Virus record (IMG/VR): IMGVR_UViG_3300014205_000175
Span: 1 to 64,000 of that record
Source: a virus
Lineage: Duplodnaviria > Caudoviricetes
Reading direction: 5' to 3' (one strand)
Length of the DNA stretch: 64,000 bases
In this document: positions 8,992-16,204 of the stretch, piece by piece
Layout: each line of letters opens with the position of its first letter
Position numbering within the stretch: position 1 is the stretch's first letter
Notes under the pieces: generated by a model
What the model saw: the letters and a program-made list of their open reading frames with translations, nothing else
Database searches by the model: none
Told to the model about the DNA's origin: nothing
Translations under genes and position numbers: made by a program

Positions 8992-10623
8992 ATGCAACAC
9001 TTAATGCGACAGCTAATAGAGCAAGACGCGCCGAAGATGAATCATGTCATGGTGCGCGGGCTAGCGGCTTATAAGGTCAGTCGCATCGAACAATACATCG
9101 ATAATGTGTTTCGTTCGGCGGCACGCAGTTTTCCGGCTGGACTGGAGTATGTGGATTCACAGCGCTGCAGTCCACTCGAAGAGTATAGCGAAGCCACTCG
9201 TGTGCGTAACAATCGTCGCACTGCTGATATAGCTCGTTCTGACATTTATCTGTGTAAATACCAACTGCGCTGGCAAGGTCGTAACTTGCCGGTGAAGTAT
9301 ATCTATCTGCCGTTTTTGCGCGAGTCCGGCGTGATGTGGTTGGGAGGGGCGTGTTATCACGTCTCGCCGGTATTAACCGATCGGGTCATCTCGGTCGGCT
9401 CAGATAGTATTTTCGTGCGGTTACTGCGAGATAAGCTCACCTTTCGTCGCTGCTATCATGGTTACATCGTAGATGGTCGGCGTGAGACGGTACATGTGAT
9501 CTGGTCGCAGATCTATCGTAATAGCTCATCGAAGAAGAAAGTTCTCCCTACGACACGCGCCAACACTACGGTGCTGCATTATCTTTTCGCCAAGTTGGGG
9601 TTTAATGCAGCGATGCGTTTGTTGCTGGGTTTCGACCCAGTGCTCTCTGAGACCCAGTTCGATCCGGAGGCTTACCCGAAAAAGGACTGGGTGATTTGTT
9701 CCTCGAATCAGGTTAAACCCACGACATGTCTGGGAAACTTTTATAACCCCACCAACATCCAAATGGCTATTCCACGTAGCCGCTGGAACGCTACCGTGAA
9801 GAGTATCGTCGGTAGTGCTTTTTATCTATTCGATCACTTCCCATCACGCCTGACTCTTAACGCACTCGATAACACCAAGGTGTGGATGATTTTACTTGGC
9901 CACATCATTTTTAGTGGCAACTATACGGAGGGCAAGCTCTATGAGTCGATCAGCGAGCATTTTAATTCACTCGAAGAGTATGTCGATGAGGTGATCTTCC
10001 GTAAGCTCATGGAGTCAGGCTATCCGGTCAGTAACCTCTATGACCTCTTAGTGCTGATGGCGCAAAACTTCAACGACTGGATCGCCACCAACCAAGGTAA
10101 TCTCACCTCGGTATATGGTAAGGATCTGGAAGTCGAGTATTATGTCGCGTACGAGATCACTGCTGGGATATTTCGCTTTGTCTTTAACCTCAACAAACTT
10201 GCCGCACGGCGAGAACTGATGGAAAAAGACGTCGTCGACATGATGAAGCGCAACATCAAGACTCGGGCAGTGCATAAACTCACCTCAGGGAATCTTGCGA
10301 TCAGCGGTGTCAACTATTCGGGTGACAACATGTACCCGAAGGTCACCGCTATTCTAGCCGAGCAAGAAAGCCTGCCCGGACCCAAGCGCGGCAAGCATAA
10401 ACGTAAAGTCCCTGATGAGACCAAGCGCTTTCATACTTCGATGCTGGAGATCGGCTCGCTACTGTATTTGCCGAAGAATAAACCCAACTCGACTTCACGC
10501 ATGAACCCGTATACGAGCTTCGATCCTGAGCTCGGAACGATCGTGCCTAAGATGTATCAGGATCTCCTCAAGCGCACACAGTTGATGCTCGAAGGACACA
10601 TGCCAGAAGACCTGCCACGTTAA
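8992..10623 (+). CDS. rpoB: Non-virion RNA polymerase beta-like subunit (phiKZ gp123-like)
   Basis: YLPF...G.M.LGG..YHVSPVL.D, F..LLRDKLTF.R and terminal R.NPY. 543 aa, two genes after the capsid gene. Confidence 0.8.
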   Translation: MQHLMRQLIEQDAPKMNHVMVRGLAAYKVSRIEQYIDNVFRSAARSFPAGLEYVDSQRCSPLEEYSEATRVRNNRRTADIARSDIYLCKYQLRWQGRNLPVKYIYLPFLRESGVMWLGGACYHVSPVLTDRVISVGSDSIFVRLLRDKLTFRRCYHGYIVDGRRETVHVIWSQIYRNSSSKKKVLPTTRANTTVLHYLFAKLGFNAAMRLLLGFDPVLSETQFDPEAYPKKDWVICSSNQVKPTTCLGNFYNPTNIQMAIPRSRWNATVKSIVGSAFYLFDHFPSRLTLNALDNTKVWMILLGHIIFSGNYTEGKLYESISEHFNSLEEYVDEVIFRKLMESGYPVSNLYDLLVLMAQNFNDWIATNQGNLTSVYGKDLEVEYYVAYEITAGIFRFVFNLNKLAARRELMEKDVVDMMKRNIKTRAVHKLTSGNLAISGVNYSGDNMYPKVTAILAEQESLPGPKRGKHKRKVPDETKRFHTSMLEIGSLLYLPKNKPNSTSRMNPYTSFDPELGTIVPKMYQDLLKRTQLMLEGHMPEDLPR

Positions 10624-10652
10624 AAGGCTGGTGTCTGAAAGCGCCACAGACA

Positions 10653-10664
10653 CATATATAATAC
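10653..10664 (+). promoter_or_regulatory. Candidate early promoter CATATATAATAC
   Basis: Exact copy of the repeated 12-mer. Confidence 0.65.
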
Positions 10665-10715
10665 GTGGAAGCATTGTGGGTTTTAATACAAGGAGGTAGC
10701 GAACAACAGCACTTG

Positions 10716-10820
10716 AACACGGTTGACTGGCGTGAGTTCGTTAGGACCGCATGTCTGCACGATCATCTAGTTCTATAGTTAACTGCTACGGCGGACCGAG
10801 AACTAGTCGCAACCGTGTTT
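10716..10820 (+). ncRNA. Candidate structured RNA element in a long 5' leader
   Basis: AACACGGTTG pairs with CAACCGTGTT, and CTAGTTCT pairs with AGAACTAG, inside a ~230-nt non-coding stretch. Confidence 0.4.
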
Positions 10821-10891
10821 ACCATCTGAAAAATAACCGTGCGGAGCAATTCGAAAAAATGAAGAATGCAACATTTAGCTAGGAGAGCGAA

Positions 10892-12688
10892 ATGGCCTTA
10901 CCTGTGCCTCATGACATCTTTATCTCACAGCCAATAGAGTTTGCTGCCGGTCAACCTCCAGTGATGCCTCCGATATCGGCACCGCCGGACCTGGTGAGTT
11001 GGCTACCGTATATCGTATCGAGGGTAGCCAACGAGGTGACTTCCAAAGCCGGGGCTAACCCGTCGAGAGTTTTTACCTATAATCTACTTAGTCTCAATGG
11101 CTGGAACAATCAGTATTTTACCGAAGCGGTAGAGTTGGCAGTATGGCTAATCAAAATAGAGCTCAATCGCCGCACCCACACTAACGTCGAGGCAGCGATT
11201 CCCGATAGTGCTGAGAAAGCTGTCACTCTCATGACGTCGAAATACGTCTTCGAGTTTCCCGAACTAAAAGCATACTCACAGCCACAGTTGATCGATATCG
11301 CAATGACCAACTACGGCGTATTAAACTCACTCAAACAGGAAATAGCTAATATGCAACGTTTTGCCGGTCAAGCTCCGATGGCAGCACAGCAGCCGATGTA
11401 CCTGCAGCAGCAGCAGCCGATGTACCCGCAGCAACAACCGATGTACCCGCAGCAACAGATGTATCCTCAGCAGATGCCATCACCGATGATGCAGCAACAA
11501 CCCATGTATCCGCAGCAGATGTACCCTCAGCAGCTGCAACAGCCGATGATGCCGGCGGGTTTGGGTGTTGCTCAGACTGGGCAAATATCTTCTTCGGGTG
11601 GTGCACCCTTGCAACAGCAGATGGCTCAGTCGAATCGCTACTCAACTGCTGCCACTAAAACCACACCGGTTATCATTGTAGAAAAGGAAAAGGAGAACCG
11701 TTCCATGACTACTATCACTAACGTTGTTGTGAAGCCGCTTCAAGAGGCAGAAACGATGGACCGTCAGCAACACACCTTGTATTTTGCCGGTAACAGCTAT
11801 CCGCTCGATCGCTTTGCTCGTACAGCGGACATGGAACGCCAAGTGCGCGATATGGCTGAAGTGGATGATGGTGAGACTACTTCAGTGTATCTCAATCCGA
11901 CGGCCATCATGACGACGACACTGGAGAACGTGGTTTTCGAATCGCGTTTCATTCAGCGTCAGCGTCAACATGCCGGCGAAGAAGTCGATGTGTTCCGCTG
12001 CCTGGCGATCAACGTCATTCCGTTCATCTGCCATGAGTCGTATCGCGACATCATCGAGACCATCGTCAACAAGACGAGCCTGGCTGAAATGGCGACAGAG
12101 TTCAAGACGATCAGTACCAGTCTTGCCAATACCCAGGAGGCGAACTATCGGCTAGAGATGGTTGACATCCTCGAATACCTTGACCGCGAGATGACGAAAC
12201 TCATTCTGCGGTTCTTGCGTACTGAGATGGCAGCCGATATCAACATCGATTCGATGTCGGCTGATGGTAAAGACCTGGGTGCTTACATCGCTGGCAACTT
12301 TAGCGAACACCACATCGCAGCGTTCAATCGCTTCGAGAAGGAGCTCAGTAAATCGCTTAATTTCATGTCGCGTGAAGACGAGCAGTCGCTGCGGGAGACG
12401 ATTGTTGATGACAGTGGGTTGGAAGTGACGCTGGTAGCATCGTCGGTGTCGGTAACGGTCATCGATATGTATAATCGTGAGCTGGGCATCAATCTCAAAG
12501 ACGGTGCTTACATCATCGACGCCAATCGCCATCGGCTGCTCTATGAACTTGCCAGCAGTCTTGATAGCAACAAAGGAGCGAAGAACTGGGTGTCGAACAC
12601 CGACTACCTCGTGACGCGTGACGACGTTCGTTACACGTTGCACAAGAGCTACGTCACCGACAACCAGTACTTGATCCGTAAGGCGTAA
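10892..12688 (+). CDS. Hypothetical protein with internal Q/P/M/Y low-complexity region
   Basis: 598 aa, AGGAG RBS, QQPMYP repeats between two globular-looking regions. Confidence 0.8.
   Translation: MALPVPHDIFISQPIEFAAGQPPVMPPISAPPDLVSWLPYIVSRVANEVTSKAGANPSRVFTYNLLSLNGWNNQYFTEAVELAVWLIKIELNRRTHTNVEAAIPDSAEKAVTLMTSKYVFEFPELKAYSQPQLIDIAMTNYGVLNSLKQEIANMQRFAGQAPMAAQQPMYLQQQQPMYPQQQPMYPQQQMYPQQMPSPMMQQQPMYPQQMYPQQLQQPMMPAGLGVAQTGQISSSGGAPLQQQMAQSNRYSTAATKTTPVIIVEKEKENRSMTTITNVVVKPLQEAETMDRQQHTLYFAGNSYPLDRFARTADMERQVRDMAEVDDGETTSVYLNPTAIMTTTLENVVFESRFIQRQRQHAGEEVDVFRCLAINVIPFICHESYRDIIETIVNKTSLAEMATEFKTISTSLANTQEANYRLEMVDILEYLDREMTKLILRFLRTEMAADINIDSMSADGKDLGAYIAGNFSEHHIAAFNRFEKELSKSLNFMSREDEQSLRETIVDDSGLEVTLVASSVSVTVIDMYNRELGINLKDGAYIIDANRHRLLYELASSLDSNKGAKNWVSNTDYLVTRDDVRYTLHKSYVTDNQYLIRKA
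11385..11550 (+). repeat. Imperfect tandem repeat encoding QQ(P)MYPQ
   Basis: cagcagccgatgtacccg-like units repeated about 7 times. Confidence 0.85.
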
Positions 12689-12753
12689 GCTCCTCACATC
12701 CGCCACCCCTGACATGAGAGGTGGCGGGCATCAGACGTATCGGAGGAACACAT

Positions 12754-12990
12754 ATGAAAAAAGCTGTAATAGATCGTCCGGTAGATGCTGAGTATGTGTT
12801 TCATCAAATCATCAGCAGTCTGGTCAAAGATGGCGATATCATGACCTGTGATCTGGGTTATTGTAAGATCGATTTTCTGCCGGATGGATATCGCTTACTG
12901 CGCCGTAACGAAATGGGCCAGCTGGAGCTACAGCTACATACCCCTGATTTTCTCAATATCGTAGGAAGTGTATTGCTGCAGTGGTGGTAG
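12754..12990 (+). CDS. Hypothetical protein (78 aa)
   Basis: GGAGGA precedes ATG 12754. Confidence 0.65.
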   Translation: MKKAVIDRPVDAEYVFHQIISSLVKDGDIMTCDLGYCKIDFLPDGYRLLRRNEMGQLELQLHTPDFLNIVGSVLLQWW

Positions 12991-13023
12991 TACTCTCTTT
13001 TCTCTCATACAAGGATATATATC

Positions 13024-13569
13024 ATGATCGTCGATTTCACTGTTCACCTGCCGGAAACCGTTCAGTTGCTGAGTGATAATAAAGAGTTTACTTTTTACCC
13101 GACCGGCGAGCGTTTCTTCATCGGGTCTCAGCACGGCGGCGGCGATATATTCGGCATGCCCTATCGGTTTTACGTGCAGGACACACCGGAAGCGCGAAAG
13201 TTTTTGCAGGCTAACGGATTCACAGTCAGTGACAACGACCTAGGGAACTTTTTTAATCTGGGTCAATTTGCAATGTTTCCGCAGCCGTCGATGTATCCAC
13301 GACAGATGCAGCAACCGATGCACTCTAGTGGAGTGGCTGCTAAGGATAGTGAAACCGTGCGTGATGTCGTTTATTCTAAATGCACCCCGTCCAATCCTGC
13401 CCCGGTGTACGTGTGGCTGGTAGAATCTGTAGAAATGTTGCGTGAAGCTCACGAGTACCTTAACCGGACACGCATAAATGGGACGTTCATGGCGCCCAAC
13501 ACCTATCGTCAGATGCTCGAACTCATTTTGACCGTGTCTCAGCTAGACTCGACATCGCGTTGGGTCTAG
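13024..13569 (+). CDS. Degenerate nucleotidyltransferase-like protein, paralogue 1
   Basis: FYPTGERFF...PYRFYVQDTPEARKFLQANGF...VY....VYVWLV shared with three neighbouring ORFs. Confidence 0.6.
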   Translation: MIVDFTVHLPETVQLLSDNKEFTFYPTGERFFIGSQHGGGDIFGMPYRFYVQDTPEARKFLQANGFTVSDNDLGNFFNLGQFAMFPQPSMYPRQMQQPMHSSGVAAKDSETVRDVVYSKCTPSNPAPVYVWLVESVEMLREAHEYLNRTRINGTFMAPNTYRQMLELILTVSQLDSTSRWV

Positions 13570-13604
13570 CTTGTGTACAATTTTCTTTTACACGGAGGTC
13601 TCTC

Positions 13605-14060
13605 ATGATCCATAATCTCTCAGCGCACGACACCGTCCAACTGCCGGCAGCAGTCACGCTACTAGCCAATCAGGCGGAGATGGATTTTTATCTCACCGGC
13701 ACGCGTTATTTCGCTGGTCATCGCATCTCTCGACCGCCCCAATCGATTCGCTACGAGTTCTTCGCCACGGATACTCCGGCAGTGCGCGCGTTTCTCGTAG
13801 CGAACGGGTTTTCTCAGGTTACGCATCGCTACTCGCATCTGACGAAAATCCCGCCTGATGTGGTTTATCGCTGTGAAGGCAACGAAGTCGCTACGCGCGG
13901 CTGCACGGTGTTCACGGATGTATGGCTAGTCGATTCGGTCGAGGCTATGGTAGCGGCGCACGAATACGTCTACGAAGCTTTCCCTGGTGGGCTGCCTGGT
14001 GACTACTGGTACATGTCGGTGAAAGCTGCCCTCATCGTCCTTGAAAATGAAAAAGAGTAG
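13605..14060 (+). CDS. Degenerate nucleotidyltransferase-like protein, paralogue 2
   Basis: GGAGG RBS. FYLTGTRYF...RYEFFATDTPAVRAFLVANGF...VYR...TDVWLV. Confidence 0.6.
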   Translation: MIHNLSAHDTVQLPAAVTLLANQAEMDFYLTGTRYFAGHRISRPPQSIRYEFFATDTPAVRAFLVANGFSQVTHRYSHLTKIPPDVVYRCEGNEVATRGCTVFTDVWLVDSVEAMVAAHEYVYEAFPGGLPGDYWYMSVKAALIVLENEKE

Positions 14061-14106
14061 AAAAGAAAGCATCGTCCAAATTTAGACTACTACTTTGGAG
14101 CAGAAC

Positions 14107-14442
14107 ATGATCCACGATCTCAAGACCGATGCCAGTGCCTCACTGGTAGAGACCATCGTTATGATGGCTACTACGCCGTTTTTTAACTTCTATCCAACGG
14201 GTAAGCGTTTTTTCATGGGTGATAAACGCATCACCCCGCTAGCTGCATCTGAGCCGTATGGATTTTATACTCGGGACATGCCGGAGACGCGTGAGTTTCT
14301 TACCTCGATAGGGTTCTCGCTCGACACGACCGACGAGCCCATAAAGCGTGTACGCGGGTTTAGCTCGATCTATCGAAAAGCCTGCCGCGATTTTCCTTCT
14401 TGCATCGAGGTGCAGCTCGTGGCACTGCACGACAGTAAATGA
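14107..14442 (+). CDS. Degenerate nucleotidyltransferase-like protein, paralogue 3 (short)
   Basis: FYPTGKRFF...PYGFYTRDMPETREFLTSIGF...IYRK...IEVQLV. Lacks the C-terminal helices of the other copies. Confidence 0.6.
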   Translation: MIHDLKTDASASLVETIVMMATTPFFNFYPTGKRFFMGDKRITPLAASEPYGFYTRDMPETREFLTSIGFSLDTTDEPIKRVRGFSSIYRKACRDFPSCIEVQLVALHDSK

Positions 14443-14801
14443 CCAGCGAGCATAAGCTGATTGTCGCCGGAGGTCGGGACTTCGAAGACTACGCGCTACT
14501 CACGGAGAAGATCTTCAAGTACGTTAACACCGAACTCAACAATCAGACGCTAGCGATCGTGAGCGGCATGGCCAGAGGCGCTGATAGCTTGGCAGTGCGT
14601 TTCGCTCGTGAGCAGCGCGTTCGACTCTACGAGTATCCGGCTGACTGGAATCTCGGGCGCGGCGCTGGGTTCATTCGTAACAAAGCCATGGGAGATTTTG
14701 CCGATGGACTATTAGCGTTTTGGTCCGGTAGTAACGGCACGCGCAACATGATTGAATACATGTTGAAACTCAACAAGCCAGTACGCATAGTGCGATACTA
14801 G
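14439..14801 (+). CDS. SLOG-superfamily YspA/DUF2493-like protein
   Basis: IVAGGRDF.DY, IVSGMARGAD, YPADW..G..AG..RN..M, S.GT..M. Confidence 0.85.
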   Translation: MTSEHKLIVAGGRDFEDYALLTEKIFKYVNTELNNQTLAIVSGMARGADSLAVRFAREQRVRLYEYPADWNLGRGAGFIRNKAMGDFADGLLAFWSGSNGTRNMIEYMLKLNKPVRIVRY

Positions 14802-14822
14802 GAATCGTTCTCGGAGCCGTGA

Positions 14823-15182
14823 ATGAAGGAATACAAACTGATCATAACGGGCGATCGTAACTTCACGAACTACTCGTTACTGAGTCAGAAGATCTTCGAT
14901 TACATTAATAACGATGCTTGTGGTTATGCTGTTAGTATCGTTAGCGGTATGGCTAAAGGTGCTGATCTATTAGCGGCGCGTTTTGCCCGCCAGTATCGGG
15001 TTCATCTGTACGAGTTTCCTACCGATTGGAGTCAAGGTCCTGGAGCGGGGTATGCTCGTAATCGAACTATGGCGGATTTTGCTGATGCTGCATTAGTGTT
15101 CGGTTCCCGTGATAATGCTACCCGGCATCTGATCGAATATATGGAAAGTCTCGGTAAATCCGTAAGCGTGGTGCGTTACTAA
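14823..15182 (+). CDS. SLOG-superfamily YspA/DUF2493-like protein, tandem paralogue
   Basis: IITGDRNF.NY, IVSGMAKGAD, FPTDW..G..AG..RN..M. Confidence 0.85.
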   Translation: MKEYKLIITGDRNFTNYSLLSQKIFDYINNDACGYAVSIVSGMAKGADLLAARFARQYRVHLYEFPTDWSQGPGAGYARNRTMADFADAALVFGSRDNATRHLIEYMESLGKSVSVVRY

Positions 15183-15200
15183 CTAACCAAGGAGCATGCA

Positions 15201-15389
15201 GTGTACCGTGTAGACATTTACATCGACAGCAGGGGCAAAGCCCGTCGCGTCAAAAACGTCGCTAACAATATTCCGACGTTCGAAGAAGCCGACCGGCTGT
15301 GCTCGCAGAAAAATCGCGATCTCGGTATCGACCCTGATAAGATGAAAGTGCGACCGGGGCAGAAGTACTGCATGTTCGACAGCCGTTAA
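15201..15389 (+). CDS. Small hypothetical protein
   Basis: AAGGAG precedes the GTG start. In line with the operon. Confidence 0.6.
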   Translation: MYRVDIYIDSRGKARRVKNVANNIPTFEEADRLCSQKNRDLGIDPDKMKVRPGQKYCMFDSR

Positions 15390-15410
15390 TCACTTCAAGA
15401 AAGGGTTGTC

Positions 15411-15602
15411 ATGACGCCGTTGCAACAAGAGGTAGTGAATCGTGCTCGCGAGCGACTTAAAGATAAAACGTGGTTTCGCGGGCTGTGTCTCGATGGTTTG
15501 TGGGAAGATGAGGACATCCAGCGCGACGGAGTAGAAGCAGCGGCTACCGCACTAGCGATGGAAACCGCGATGTGGGACGCTCCCGATTTCTTTAACCCCT
15601 AA
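15411..15602 (+). CDS. Small hypothetical protein
   Basis: AAGGG RBS. Followed by a hairpin at 15625-15651. Confidence 0.6.
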   Translation: MTPLQQEVVNRARERLKDKTWFRGLCLDGLWEDEDIQRDGVEAAATALAMETAMWDAPDFFNP

Positions 15603-15679
15603 GCGTTCGAGTTAAATTCAGATCCCGTCCTTCCTACCCACGGAAGGGCGGTCATTACTCAATGGGAGATTTATTTGTT

Positions 15680-16144
15680 ATGATACCTCATTTCGACAAC
15701 TACCACCACATGCGTTTTCCAGTTAACGTCCGGCCTCTCATAGATACTCAGGCATTCGAGTTTCATCTCACCGGAGAGAGGTTCTTGGTCTATAAGGCTA
15801 AATGGGCGCTGGGGACTGACTACCAGTTTTTCACCGAGTGTAATCCTGAAGTTATCAAGTTTCTCAAGGCACAAGGGTTCGTGAAGATTAAAACTACCTG
15901 TCGGCGCGATCCGTTGTTGCTAAAAGTCTATCGTAAGTCATGCCACGATCTATTTTTTTATGGGTATGTGCCGTACGTCGAAGTACAGCTTGTGAAGATG
16001 CCCGAGCTAAAACTAAAAACACAACATAACCTACGACTCATCTATCCTCGCGGGTTGCCTAAAGACATCGATACACAGTATGAAATTTGGCATCTAGCCA
16101 CCCAGCTCACTGCTCTGAGTAGCCTGAATGCCGTGGTTAGTTAA
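15680..16144 (+). CDS. Degenerate nucleotidyltransferase-like protein, paralogue 4
   Basis: FHLTGERF...TDYQFFTECNPEVIKFLKAQGF...VYRK...VEVQLV. Likely start MIPHF. Confidence 0.6.
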   Translation: MIPHFDNYHHMRFPVNVRPLIDTQAFEFHLTGERFLVYKAKWALGTDYQFFTECNPEVIKFLKAQGFVKIKTTCRRDPLLLKVYRKSCHDLFFYGYVPYVEVQLVKMPELKLKTQHNLRLIYPRGLPKDIDTQYEIWHLATQLTALSSLNAVVS

Positions 16145-16148
16145 AGTC

Positions 16149-16200
16149 ACACCTTCCCGTCCTTCCCAACTGCGGGAGGACGGGAAGGTGTTTTTTTTTT
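16149..16200 (+). terminator. Terminator between convergent operons
   Basis: ACACCTTCCCGTCCTTCC-loop-GGGAGGACGGGAAGGTGT followed by a long T-run. Confidence 0.85.
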
Positions 16201-16204
16201 GCTT

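Noticed and set aside
10690-10860. tRNA or tmRNA
   Set aside because: No cloverleaf with a properly placed T-loop and acceptor end could be built.
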